Below the pieces are notes generated by a model. The model ran no database searches and was not told the origin of the DNA. It was given only the letters and a program-made list of their open reading frames with translations. The position numbers and the translations under genes were made by a program. From NCBI RefSeq assembly GCF_009914755.1, contig NC_060942.1: a stretch of 64,000 bases of DNA. One strand, 5' to 3'. The stretch is from the human T2T-CHM13v2.0 reference genome, Homo sapiens. Below, one piece after another: positions 1 through 16,745 of this stretch. How positions within the stretch are numbered: the first letter of the stretch is position 1; each line of letters starts with the position of its first letter.

Positions 1-810
1 ACTTCACAACAGTCATCAGATTTAAAGACTGATGCATGTTAGATACTAACTCCTTGAAGTGAGCGTAGACTTTTGATCGTCCTTTTGCCAAGGAGAAAAT
101 GTAAAGAGATTTGTTCAAGTTCACAACAGTTCACTTACCTTGAATTTATTTACTTGAACGCTACAATGGGAGTGCTGATTTTCCTCTGCCAAGCATCCCT
201 TCCTTTGAAAGGTTTCTCTCTTTACTCAGTGCGATGATTCTGGGGGTGCCTCGATCGCAGCACCAGACGCTTCCCAGTTGACCCCAGGGGTGGTAGCTGC
301 TCCAGTCAGGGTGCCCACCCATCAATAATAGTGACTGTAAAGGGTGGGCATGAGACCTTGTCATATTGGAACTGGGCATAGACGTAGCTGGACTGAGTTT
401 TTATGTTTGTTTCTAGTACTTGCCTCTTGCTGTGTTTTAAATCCACGTTTCTCTGGTTACCATGAAGCTGAGTTTTTTTGGCACAATTCATTGTTATTAA
501 TATAAAATAAATATTTATTCTAGCTTCAAAGTTGTTATACCTGAAGCTGCTAATTTTAAAAATGAATTTAAAATAACCACTTAATAATTCTGCTTTTACT
601 AAGACAATGAAATGTGACTTTAAGAAGCCATATTTAAATTCAGCACCATTTGCTCATAGGTCTTTCAGAATTTGTTCTTAAACTTTCTGGAACTCTCCTG
701 TTTGTAAACTACAGGAATTACTGAGCTACATGAGAAAGCCTCTCTGGGACAGGCAATGGGAAGTTAAACAAGGATATTAACTCCCGAAAGTGAAGGTAGA
801 CTTTTTTTTA

Positions 811-1029
<219 letters not shown>

Positions 1030-1442
1030 TTATATGCATCCTTAGCCTTCAGGAAGGAGCTACAGTAAAGAGACACACTTAGCTGAAGGAAAAGAAGGAA
1101 GAAAACATAGCTTTCCTTAGAGGTCTCTTTTTTTATCCCAGAAGGAAATCCAAAAGTGTTGCATATCTGGTTGTCTGAAGCCAACCAGAATTTGAAAAGC
1201 TATATTATTTGTCAAACTAGGAATAGTATCAGTTGAGGAAGGAAAATGAAGGATTCAGCAGAAGATAAAATTGGAACTCAAGAACTCAAACCATCTTCCT
1301 GCCCATCCTCTTCCCTCTCCTTAGGATTGGCCACTCACTCACCACCTCCCACGGGAGTGGCCATGCTCACTTTAAAGACTCAGTTGAGATGCAGCCTAGA
1401 AGCAGGCAGTAAATTTTTGGTACCTTCCCACCCAAGATTATT

Positions 1443-2192
1443 GCATTAGTTTTCTATTGCTACTGCGACCAATTACTGTAGATCTTCTGACTTAAAACAA
1501 CACAAATTGCCTGCTTGTTGTGGTTTACACCTGAAATCTCGATATTTTGGGAGGCTGAGGAGCGAGGATCACTTGAGCCCAGGAGTTCAAGACCAGCCTG
1601 GGCAACATAGTGAGACCTCATTTCTACAAAAATAAAAAGATTAGCTGGGTATAGTGGTGTGTGCCTGCAGTCCTAGATACTCGGAGGATGAGGTGGGAGG
1701 ATCGCTTGAGCCCGGGAGATCGAAGCTGCAGTGAGCAGAGATCACACCAATGCATTCCAGCCTGGGCCACAGAGCTAGACTTTGCCAACACAAATTTAAT
1801 ATGTGACAGTTCTGGAGGTCATCAAGAGGCTGGCAGAGCTGTGTTCCTTTCCAAATGCTCCAGGAAGAATCTGCTTCCTCACCTTTTGCAGGTTCTAGAG
1901 GCTGCCCAGACTCCTTGGCTTATGGTCCCTTCCTCCATCTTCACAGCTAGCCTTGGCTGATCAAGTCTTCTCCCAGTGCATCACCCAATACTGGTTCTCT
2001 GCCTCTCTCTTTTACATTAAAGGCCCTTGTAATTACATCGGCCCCATCCCAGTAATCCAGGATAATCCCCCTATTTTAAGGTCTGCTCATCAGCAGCCTT
2101 AACTACCCCCTTGCCACATAACCTGAAATAGTCACAGGTTCTGGGGATCAGGACATGGCTGTCTTCAGGAGGACACTCATCTGCCTGCTACA
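1443..2192 (-). mobile_element. MaLR LTR (MLT1C-like) interrupted by an AluJ at ~1510-1785
   Basis: Has typical MLT1 motifs (CAGTTCTGGAGG, GGCTGCCCAGACTCCTTGGCTTATGG, TAATCCAGGATAATC, CACAGGTTCTGGGGATCAGG). The Alu is flanked by the duplicated target CAACACAAATT. Confidence 0.75.
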
Positions 2193-2205
2193 ATTATTAT
2201 TTTGA

Positions 2206-2367
<162 letters not shown>

Positions 2368-2370
2368 TGA

Positions 2371-2556
<186 letters not shown>

Positions 2557-2788
2557 TAAGTAGCTACATCATACGTTATTTAAAATTTTCTTGTTGATAC
2601 ATACCTTGCATCTGTTTTTCTTTTCCTGTAATAAGTGATATTACAACAGACACCTTTTAGATAGAATTTTGTATTTTGGTTTTTTTTCTAGGATTGTTGC
2701 AATAAATCATGTAATATTTTATGGCAATACCTATAGCTATATTGTTTTCTAAAATAACTACAGTAACTTCTTTTTTTTTTTCTTTTGA

Positions 2789-2947
<159 letters not shown>

Positions 2948-3223
2948 TAGTAGAGACGGGGTTTCTCCATGTTGGTCAGGCTGGTCTTGAACTCTAAACC
3001 TCAGGTGATCCACCCACCTCAGCCTCCCAAAGTGCTGGGATTACAGGCGTCAGCCACTGTGCCCAGCTTAGCTACAGTAATTTCATACTCATTTCCTGTA
3101 TATTAGAATATCACTTCAGTAAACCTATGTTGACACTGCCTTTTAACATTTAACACCGTTTTCATTTTTTTGAATACCACTGAGGCTGAACAATTTCCAT
3201 GTTATAAGTCTTAGTGGCGGAGA

Positions 3224-3645
<422 letters not shown>

Positions 3646-4059
3646 CTGTTTTTGGCTTTCTTCATCACTATTGCATCTCAGCACCTAGCATGGTGCCTAG
3701 CATGTCAGTAAATCACCAGTGAATATTTGGGGAATGAATGGATGACTGGAAGAGCATACTAAAGTGAGTAAAAGCTGTATTTTTTTCCTGATTTTTTTTT
3801 TTCCCAGAGACAAGGCCTCCCTCTGCCTCTCAGGCTAGAATGCAGCAGTGTCATCATACCTCTCTGCAGACTCGAACTCCCAGGCTCAAGCCATCCTCCA
3901 TCCTTGGCCTCCCAAAGTGCTGGGATTATAGGTGTGAGCCACTGAGCCTGGCCAGGAGCTTTAAAGTCAAATGTATCTGGCTCCCTGTAATCCCAGCACT
4001 TTGGGAGGCTGAGGAGGTGGGAGGATCACAAGGTCAGGAGATCGAGACCATCCTGGCTA

Positions 4060-4251
<192 letters not shown>

Positions 4252-5821
4252 TCAAAAAAAAAAAAAAAAAAGTATCTGGCTCAAGTTTCCAAATGTTTTC
4301 CACACAGTGATTTCTTTAATCTTCACAACAATCTTATAAGGTAGGTACTATTTTTGGCATAGTCTCCATCTTTCAGATAAGAAAACTGAAGTATAGAGAA
4401 ATTAAGTAACTCTCCCAAAGCCACACAGCAAGTGGAAGACCAGGACTAAAGACCAGGACTTAAGCCCAGGTGATGAACTGTGGCTGCAGTAGCTAGGTTA
4501 TTTTTATTTTTATTTTTATTTTTGAGACAGAATCTAGCTCCGTCGCCCAGGCTGGAGTGCAGTGACGTGATTTCAGCTCACTGCACCTCCGCCTCCCCAG
4601 TTCAAGCTATTCTCCTGCCTCAGCCATGCGAGCAGCTGGGACTACAGGCACGGGCCACCATGCCTGGTTAATTTTTGTATTTTTAGTAGAGACAGGGTTT
4701 CCTGATGTTGGCCAGGCTGGTCTCAAACTCCTGACCTCAAGTGATCTGCCTGCCTCAGCCTCCCAAAGTGCTGGGATTACAGGCGTGCGGCCCCATGCCC
4801 GGCCAGTAACTATGTGCTTAACACTGCACAGCTTCTCCAATGTACCAGCGTCTACCTAATAGGATTGTTACCGGGATTAAGTAACAGAATAGAATCAAAT
4901 GCTTCTATGCCAAAACAGCACTTGACCTATAATAAAGCATAATACATTTTTGCTCTTTTGTCATCCATAGTACTATCTTTTTATTATTGTTACATTTTGT
5001 GGCTTGTCTATAGCATTTGCCCTCTGTATATTAGTTTCAAAAGGCTTTAGTTGTCTATTTTTAAGTGGGTTTATGTAATAAAAAGTTATTTCTCCTTAAA
5101 GCATTCTTATTTTACATATGAAGTATTTGTCCTCACTAGATGAAATGTTATATACCTTGACTCCTGTTTCCATTCCATATGGACTTTAATAAAACAATAT
5201 TCTGAGAGATTTCCCCTTGTGATTGACATAACTCAAAATAGACCTCCATAGGGAAATACCTGCCACTTACAACCATGCCTTTTTCCTTGCGTAACAATGT
5301 GAATGTGCTTATTGCAACTGAACTGTCACACCTAAAAATGGTTAAAATGATATTTTACCGCACTAAAGCAATAACAGCAACAAAACAAAAACACATATTT
5401 TTCAAGTTTAAGTGGGCCTTAAAAGAGCAGGACTCTAGATCTATAAACATCTCTAGCAGAGATAAATTTTCCAAAGAGCTTAAAATGTTTTCGTACTGAA
5501 AAGATGCCAATATTATGTATATCCAGCAATTGTGTCCACTGATATTCTCTTGATAATACTTTATCTTTTCCTCATTTTTTCTTGCATTAAGAAATCAATA
5601 ACCCTCCCCCACCACACACACACAAAAGAAAAATGGGTAAAGGGCAAATTTCTGAAATATTATTAAATGTTTAAATATTTAGAAGTATTAAAATATGTGC
5701 AAGACTTTGCACAACTGTTCTTGTGAATTCAGCAAAGAAGAATTTCTTGGCCAGGCGCTGTGGCTCACGCCTGTAACCCCAGCACTTTGGGAGGCTGAGG
5801 TGGGCGGATCACTTGAGGTCA

Positions 5822-6103
<282 letters not shown>

Positions 6104-6413
6104 TCATAGTCAATGAATCATTCAATTAAATAAGCAATTACATGATCATTTCCTGTAGAGGCCGCTGCCATTCATTTCAAAATCATATCATATTGCTTTA
6201 GAAGAAAACTTTAAGATGATGTACTAAAATTATTCATTCAGAAACCAAAAATTGTTAAACACTTCCCCTCTATCTCATCACTTTTTTTTTTTTTTTTTTT
6301 TTTTGAGAAAGTGTCTTGCTCTGTTACTCCGGCTGGAATGCATTGGCATCATCATGTCTCACTATAAACTCAAACTCCTGGGCTCAAGCGATCCTCCCAC
6401 CTCAGGTTCCTGA

Positions 6414-6602
<189 letters not shown>

Positions 6603-8393
6603 TAATACATTTTAAATCTGTGAACCATTATTTTATAAAGTTATACAGACTGCTGTAGGGAAAACTAAATACTATTCCTACTTTAAGGAAAACCATTGTC
6701 TAATGATAAACATTTTTTTAAAAAATTATAATTAGCCAGGCATGATGACATAGCCCTGTAGTCCCAGCTACTCAGGAGGCTGAGGCAAGAGAATTGTTTG
6801 AACCCAGGAGGCAGAGGTTGCAGTGAGCCGGGATGGTGCTACTGTACTCCAGGCTGGGTGATGAGTGAGGCTGTCTAAAAAAAGAAAAAAGAAAGAAAAT
6901 TCTCAGAAATTATTTCCATAATTAGCAAGTACATAGAATTGATGTATGATGGAAGAGATAGATTCTAAAGTAAATTATCATAATTCTGCAAACTATCCAA
7001 ACATAATATTTTACAACATAAAAGTATTATATATTAAAGCTCATTAATCTAAATAGCATTCCCACTAAAAGGAACCAGGGCTGTCTGGAAAAATGGCTAA
7101 TTTCAGTTTGGGGGCAGGGAAAGTACAACAAGTTAGGCCTGGATCATTTTTGTTCCAGAAGATAAGAAAGTGTTCAAAAACACACAAAGACGGTAGAAGC
7201 GGCACAGAAGCCAAGTACAGTGGCTCACGCCTGTATTCCCAACACTTTAAGTGGTCCAAGTGGGAGGATCCCTTGAGGCCAAGAGTTCAAAAGCAGCCTG
7301 GGCAACATAGTGAGACTGTATTTGTATACAATTTTTTTAGAAATTGGCTGGGCATGGTGGTCCACACCTGTTGTCCTAGCTACTTGCGAGCCTGGGATGG
7401 GAGGATCCCTTGATACCAGGAGTTGGAGGCTGCAGTGAGTGAGCCAGCGCACTCTAGCCTGGGTGACAGAGCAAGACTTTGTGTCCATTTAATTAAAAAA
7501 AAAAAAAAAAGACACAGGAGTCTACTAGAAGAGGCTTCTGCTGGCCAAATTTGGAAAACTTTGAGGATCCAAAGAAAAAAAAAATAGTGTTGGCAATAGA
7601 TTAAGCAAATTGAATTAAAACAGGAGTCCAGGATTCTTCAACAAAAGGTGAGGTAAGGAGAGGCTCTTATTTACAGAAGAATCTCAGCTAAGAAATATAG
7701 AAGGAATAACTGATTTCAAAATCACTATTACTTCACCAATTTGATGACTGATTCCAGCAAGTATCAACAATGGATGCTAAACCTATAGGTAAAAATTGCT
7801 GGGACCCAGTGGATATACACTAATCCAAATATCACAGGTTATTGATTAATTGCAAAGAGGAGAGGAAGATATCTGGCACATAATACCTTAACCAAATGAT
7901 CAAATATGACATCCCTGATGTTAGGGCAAACTGACTTGACACACCTGCTGGTATGAGAAGAGCACACTACCACCTGGGCAGGCCAAAGTGAATAATCTGA
8001 ATTTAATTCCGAGACAGTCTACAAAACAATTGGCCTGGACACTTCACAGGTTGTATCTCAAAAGAAAAAAAAAAAAAGGCAGCAGAACCGCTTGAAATTA
8101 AAGGAGATGAAAGCTATATGACGTTAAAAGCAATACTTGATCCTAGACTGAATCCCTGATTTTTTAAAAAAGAAGAGTTTATGAACAGCATTATTGGGAC
8201 AACTGGTGAAACTTGATTATTGGTGGTTATTTTAAATATTTCAATAGTAAGTAAATTTTTGATAATAGTATATCAAAGTCAATTTCTTGAATATGATCAA
8301 GGTGAAGCGGTTATATAGGAAAAGATCCTTTTTCTTAGGATTTAGGAATTAAATAGGAATATAGCATAATGAGGGAAGTTCTTTGTGCAATTC

Positions 8394-8546
8394 TTTTTTT
8401 TTTTATACTTTAAGTTTTACGGTACATGTGCACAACGCGCATGTTTGTTACATATGTATACATGTGCCATGTTGGTATGCTGCACCCATTAACTCGTCAT
8501 TTAACATTAGGTATATCTCCTAATGCTATCCCTCCCCCTTCCCCAC
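8394..8546 (-). mobile_element. Short 5'-truncated L1PA 3' end
   Basis: TTTTATACTTTAAGTTTTACGGTACATGTGCACAACG...CATTAGGTATATCTCCTAATGCTATCCCTCCCCC is the L1PA 3' terminus. It is flanked by TGTGCAATTCTTTT / TGTGCTATTCTTTT (TSD-like). Confidence 0.88.
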
Positions 8547-8693
8547 TGTGCTATTCTTTTAACATGTCTATAGGTTCAAAATTTTTCAAAAGAAAACGGG
8601 AAAAATTACATTAAGAAAACTCTAGTAAAAGGTTATTTACTATGCATGTTTAATTTATCCATATTTTTGCTTAACATTGTCTTTGTCTTACGT

Positions 8694-9135
8694 TGTCGAC
8701 ATAAAATGAAGAGGCTGTGGCACAAAATAAGATTTAAAGAGTTTACCTGAGCCAAAGTGTAGACAGCTGCCCGGAAGATTTAGACCCAAGAAACGTTGAA
8801 TGTGAGCTCCGCCCAGCCTTTGTTACAAGCAAGTTTTTAAAGGCAAAAAAGAGGGATGGGAAGTGAGCTCATACAAAGTTGTTGTAAGGAATTCTCTTTG
8901 GTTTACAGAAATAACAGGGATTAGTGACTGGCTATACACTGCTAAACTATAGGGTGTGGCTTATAGTGTCCAGGGTGGCATTATTAGGGTAATTTATAGC
9001 TACTTGTGACAACAGCAAACAGTTTCAAGAGATAAATACATAGCTTAAGGGGGACGTGATTGCTGTCTCATTTCAATGGCTCTCTGGTCCTGATAATTTA
9101 AAAGGACTCGCATTCCTTAGATAATAGATGTTTTC
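8694..9135 (-). mobile_element. ERV1-class solo LTR (subfamily not resolved)
   Basis: Contains GAGTTTACCTGAGCCAAAGTGTAGACAGCTGCCCGGAAG and downstream motifs typical of MER4-group LTRs in reverse orientation. Confidence 0.55.
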
Positions 9136-9366
9136 TAAGCCAGGCATTGTGGCTCAATCCTATAATCCCAGTGACAAGCAGGAGGCTGAGGTGGAAGGAT
9201 CACTTGTGTTCAACAGCAGCCTGGGCAATATAGGGAGGGCTTGTTCCCCATAACCCCAAAATGTAAAGAATTAGCCAGGCATGGTGGTTCACACCTGTAG
9301 TCCCAAGCTACTCAGGAAGCTGAGGCAGGAGGACCCCTTGAATCCAGGAGTTTGAGGCTGCAGTGA

Positions 9367-9678
<312 letters not shown>

Positions 9679-10029
9679 TGATCCACTCGCCTAAGCCTCC
9701 CAAAGTGCTGAGATTACAGGCGTGAGCCACCGAGCCCAGCTTTTCTTTTCTCAACCTTGTCTTGTGAAATTTTATGTTGAGGCTTGTAAGTTATTTTCTA
9801 GTACTTTAAACACAGTAATTATTTTGGACCACATGTAATAGACAATTAATGCAGTTAAATTCCACTGGCCTGAAGTTTATGCTTTTGGTAAATTAAGGAA
9901 ATTGTAAAGAGCAAACATTCTACCTTGTTGGAATTTGGCTATGATGGGCCATCATGTTGCATGGCTGGATGGTGAATGAGAAGATGAAATTGGGGTCAGG
10001 AAATTTTAAAGCTGGAAGAGATCTTAAAT

Positions 10030-10411
10030 CTTGGCCAAATTAAATTTACCAGACTTTAATTGAGAAAAGAACAATTCGTGAACTGGACAGCCTTCCGGGC
10101 CAGAGGAGGCTCAGAGACTCCAGCTCAGCCACGTGTTGGAAAGACGTAAATAGAGAAAGGAAAGTGACGAACAGAAAATGGAAGTGAGGTACAGAAACAG
10201 TCAGATTGGTTACAGCTCCGTGTTTGCCTTATCTGAACACGGTTTGAACAGTTGGCCCCCTTTAAGTTGCCAAAACTTGGTGATTGGCACAAGAGTAGGT
10301 TACAGTCTGTTTACTCTTCCATTTAGGTTATGGTTCACTAGGTACAAAGAAACCTTTAGGCCAAAGTTAAAATATGTAAGCAAGCTGCTTTGGGCTAAAC
10401 CCGATTTAATA
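10030..10411 (-). mobile_element. MER57-like ERV1 solo LTR
   Basis: The reverse complement begins TATTAAATCGGGTTTAGCCCAAAGCAGCTTGCTTACATATTTTAACTTTGGCCTAAAGGTTTC...CAGACTGTAACCTACTCTTGTGCCAATCACC, matching the recalled MER57 consensus. Confidence 0.75.
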
Positions 10412-11950
10412 CTTATGAATGCAGCATGGTTTTGCTCTTACGTGGCTCAGTTTCTGCTGGGTCATTCTGACACATGTGCCACCTGGTAATGACCTTTGAT
10501 CTGAGGGGATTGGGAGATACTTGATAAATAGTATCCTCTTCTGTCCTGCCAGGGGACAATTCTAGGGTGAATTATACATGGCTTCTCAGAGACTTTCCAG
10601 CAGGATTATACTCCAGTTACCTAAAGCAATGAACAGTTTGAAAATGCACCCTTCCCCTATTTCATCCTGTCCAGTCCTTCCCACCATTAGAACCACTTCC
10701 CAACATCAACGATCTGCATGGGAGCACATTTCTCAGGCTCTGTTTGAAGACACCCACATTCCATACAGCCTTTCCTGGTGCCTCTGAGTCCTGGGCTTCT
10801 CAGTTTCTCTAGATAATTGTCTTACTTCTCATGGTGCCCTGCTCTGCCAGGGTTAGGAGCGCATCCAAATTCCCTGCCAAGGTAGTGGAAATTCCATCAT
10901 AAGTTTACCACCTTGCAAATATCTGTGGATATTTGCTGTCTCCTTTTCCCATTCTCTTTGCTCTTGTAAGTTTCAATATTTTAATTTTGTATTGTTATTT
11001 TAGCTGGGGAGCACTGCAATATACAATAATCAAACTTTTTTTAAAACTCACAGATGGACTCAATAGCAGAATGGAAGTGACAAAGTGAAGATTTAGTGAA
11101 CTTGAAGACAGAACAAAAGAAATGACTAACCTAATGACAGAGAAAGAAAAAAAAAGCAGAGCTTCAGATTTCAGGTATTATTGGGACTATAACAAACGAT
11201 CAATCATTCATATCATTTGCCATTTTTTGGCACCTTTTGAAATATCCTTATGGTATTTCTCCTTTTTGTGTTGTTACGTTGTTGCTAATACGGTGAATTG
11301 CATTGATTGATTTTTTAAAAAACAGTAGGCCAAGCTTGCATTATCTTAGTGAGGATATATTACCCTTTTTGTTTATTAGTTGGATTTTATTTGTTAATAT
11401 TTTGTTAATATTTACAGCTGTATTCATGGAGATATTGAAGGAAATGACATATAATAGAAAAATATGAAAGTAACAATGATCTGGATTTAAACGCATGTGT
11501 TATAGTAACAAAGACCAAGGAACACTTGGCTGTTAAGAAATGCAGACATGTATTATGTTTCTTATCTTAAATGGGGGTAGAGAGTTGGGCATAGCACCAT
11601 GTCACTTTTGGTTTTGTCGTTTAGAGAAATGCTGATTTATTTGAAAAACTTAAAGGTGCTCACTGGCAGAATTTAAAAATCAGTTATGAGACAAAATAAC
11701 ACAAGAAAGATCAGCTATCAGTTATAACAATGAGTATAAATAAATTAAATTCCTTATGAAAAGACAAAAATTCTCAGACTGACTTGAAAAAAACAGCGTC
11801 CAACTCCAAATGTATGGTATTTTATAGGGTTACCATTAAAAACAAGTATCAGAGGCCAGATGCGGTGGTCCAAGCCTGTAATCTCAGCACTTTGGGAGGC
11901 CAAGGCAGACAAGGCATTTTTGTACAAAAAATACAAAAACTAGCTAGTTA

Positions 11951-12101
<151 letters not shown>

Positions 12102-12229
12102 TTAAAAGTGCTTTCTTTCCTAGTTTTCTAACAACTTAAAAGTGCAGATGCTGAATTTTTTTATGCTTTCTTAAATATGCTGCTTTAAAAAAAACTGTAT
12201 TGGACTATTAATATAACACATTATAGTAA

Positions 12230-12397
<168 letters not shown>

Positions 12398-13776
12398 TAA
12401 TTTTTGTATTTTTAGTAGAGATGGGGTTTTGCCATATTGCCCAGGCTGGTCTCAAACTCCTGATCTCAAGTGATCCTCCCACCTCGGCCTCCCAACGTGC
12501 TAGGATTACAGGCGTGAGTACCACACCATGCCAGTAATACATTTTTTACTATTGAATTATCCTGTAGTTTCTGATATAAATAAGAAAAGAAAAGATGGCC
12601 AAAGGTTTATCAAACATGCCTAAACAAAAAGCAAATACATAAAGCAATGATAACAATACTAATATACAGAGAAGAAATCAAGGCAAAAGCCTCAAATGAG
12701 ATACAAATGGCTATTTTATTTCACTGTATTTTTTGCTTATTTATCTTTGAGAGAGAGAAACCATACTCTAGGAAGCAGAGATAATACAGAACCTTATAAA
12801 ATTTAAAGTTTAATTTTACTTTTGTCACACCCATGAACCCAGCTGTTCCTGAAAGGAAACCACTGTCCCATATGTTAATAAAGGTTACACTTCATGTACT
12901 TGGAAACTGTGAATACTATTGTGTCCAAATATAAATGCGGAAGAAGAAATGAATAGCATGCTACAGGATTTATTTATTTTTAGAGTGGGGGGGTCTCACT
13001 ATGTTGCCCAGAGTGAAGTCCAGTGGCTATTCACAGGCCCAATCTCCTGGGTTCAAGCAATCCTCCCACCTCAGCCTCCCAAGTAGCTGGGACTATAGTA
13101 TGGGATATTTTAATATATCATTCTCAGTCTCTGACAAACTTCACAAGCAACAGATAAACTAGACTATGGATGTTATAGTAAAATCAACAAGCTTACTTTA
13201 ATAGCTGCATGTTATGTTGTACAATGGAGAATATACTTTTTTCCCGATGTAAATGAAATGTATTAGTCAACAAAGAAAATACTGATAAAATTTAAAAGCA
13301 GAAAACATATAGCACACATTATCTGACCACAATGTGCTAAAACAAAAAACTAGTAATGAAATTTTAAATTCTAAAGAATCAAGATACTTGGAATTTTAAC
13401 TATAAATGTATTTAAACATTAATATGCATTACATAGAGGAAGAACTTCTAGATTCTAGAATCAATTTCCTTCAAATATTTTTTTCTCGTAGACTTATGTA
13501 CATAAAAAATTATGAATTGAGCTTCAGTTTTACAATGATACAAGAAAAACATTGATTTTTATCCCGTGAAAAAAGGCATATAGATTTTGTTTGTTAACCT
13601 TATGAAGTTATAGACCACATGAAGTTGTGTATAAAAGTACAGTGGGCATGCTACTCATGGAAGAAAGTGGCATTTTCCTTGAATGGATTTGTTTTTTGCT
13701 GATCTTTGTCATCATGGCCATTGAAATCAGTAAGAGAAAAAAGAAAAAAATGAAATAGCAAACACTTCAACAATTA

Positions 13777-13941
<165 letters not shown>

Positions 13942-16260
13942 TTAAAAAAACAAAAAAAAACAAATTAACCTTTAAAACAGAAAAAAAAAAAGAAGAAGAA
14001 GAAATAGAAGAGATGAGAGACTCAATAAAAGAAAAACTTGTCAAGATGTGGCTAAATTAAATAATATTTTCCCAACATGATAATATTATTTTGACATCAT
14101 ATTCTACAGTAAGAAGTGGCAGGGTTTTTGGTTTTGAGTCAACACCTCTTGTTACCATGAGATCACATCAACTGTGGCTTCCACATCCATTTTCAATGGT
14201 GCCTGCAAGGGTGTTTGATCAGTGGCAAATCAAATGAGGATTTGCTCTTTCCCCATGACAAAGCCTGTTGCTCTAAGTGAACTTTCATTAGTTTACAGCT
14301 GTGTGAATTTCAATCTTTTTCTTTATTTTAATTAATTTATTTTTTATTTTTGTAAAGATGGGGTCTTGCTATGTTACCCAGGCTGGTCTGGAATTCGTGG
14401 ACTCAAGCAATCCTCCCACCTTGACCTCCCAAAGTGCTGAGATTACAGAAGCGAGCCACCATGCCCGGCTGTGTCTCTCAATCTTAAACTGCACCAGAGA
14501 AACACTCTGCCCTGAGGACTTCACATTAATATGATTGTTGTTTTAGTGGTTGACTCACTTCTCAGAATTTACCTCTGTCTGAGTTGATGCCAGAGTCTCC
14601 TGGGTTGTGACTTCACAAATGAGACACCTGAAGACATGGTGCTCTCACCAGGAGTCACAGACTAATGAAGTGGAATGGAGGGGTCCATTTGGGTTTTCTC
14701 CTTTGCGGTTCTTTGTATATTTAGGCTTTCTACAATGTTCCCCATGGCTAGTCTACATTTATTCTGTTTTATAGGATAGGTTTTGTTTTTGTTGTGTTTC
14801 AAGAACTTATTTAATGAGTTATTTAATGAGTCTTCTAATTCGTTATTTGGTTTGTTGCTATTCATTCTTTTTTTTAAAAAAAGAATATTGCTGTCATCCT
14901 TTAAACATTTTTTTATTTGCTTATTGAATTTTCAAAAAACTCTAGGATCCCACTTTTAGTGTAATAACCATTTCAACATTTTCTGCAGAATCAGAGGAGG
15001 TCTGTGGGGAGGAAATTGTCATTCTATGACACTAAAGCCCTCCCTACCACTCAAAGGAAACTGTCTCCAGCACCACAGTTCTTTAGATTCTCCTGTCTCT
15101 GCTTTTTTCCTGGAGCTCCTTAAATCTGTCACTGCATTAAAAGATTTCATATTGTTCTCATTTGAAAATTTTTTTTCCTTTTCCTTTTACAGGAGTAAAG
15201 TTCTTATTACGAGTTGCATAGTTTTTAAATTCCTACACGTCAGGAGAAACCTTTTTGCCTTCTCCCACTTTGATGCTAATAAGACTAAAAATAGAAATCT
15301 AGCTTCAAAAGCTCCATAGAAGGGAAGAGAGAAGGAAAGGGAAAGGAGAAAGGAGGGGAAAAAAAAGGGGATAGAGTTAAACTGGCCCAAAAATTCCATG
15401 ACATTCTTGAATAACTTATGATTGCCCCAGGGCCCTTGTTTTGGTTGTGTATACTACGTAGTAATCCTAAAACTTAGTGGCATAAAGCAAAGCCCATTTA
15501 TTTTTACTATCTCCAATGATTCTGTGGGTTAACTGGGCTCAGTTGGGCCGGTTTTCTGTCCCCAGTGATGTGGGCTGCTCCTGAACTCATTGGGGCTTTC
15601 CACCGGTTGACACTATTCTGATAGCTCCCTCCAGTGCTGGCAGGGATGCTGGCTGTTGGCTGGAGGACCCTCACTTGGCCCTTCTATGTGGCTTCTGCTT
15701 TCCACAGCATGACAACTGGGGCTGAGAGTTTCCAGAGGAAGGAAGTGGAAGCTGTCCATCCTCTTCAAGGCCAGGGCTGGAACTGGGGTGCTGCCCCTCC
15801 CTCTCCAGTGCTTTGAATTTGTTGGCTGTAGAGCTTCTCCAGAGGCGTCTTCAGGAAAATTCTCTCTTCCATCTGATATTTTGGGCTGTGGTATTTTCCC
15901 TCTTTTTGGTCCTGAAAACTTGTCTATATCTATCTTGCATATTTACTTGTAGCTTTGTAGTCTGCTCTCTTTCTTTGCTTTCCAGCACTCTGCCATTTTA
16001 TTGCTTTGGCATCTTTTTTAAAATTTATCTTTCTTTGAGACAGGGTCTCACTCAGTTTTCCAGGCTTGAGTGCAGTGGCCCAATTACGGCTCACTGCAGC
16101 CTCAACCTCCCAGGCCCAAGTGAAGTGATCCTCCCGCCTCAGCCTCCTGAATAGCTGGGACCATAGGCATGTACTGCCACACTTGGCTAATGTTTTGATT
16201 TTTCATATAAACGGGGTCTCCCTATGTTGTCCAGGCTGGGTTTGAACTCCTGGGTTCTAG

Positions 16261-16745
<485 letters not shown>

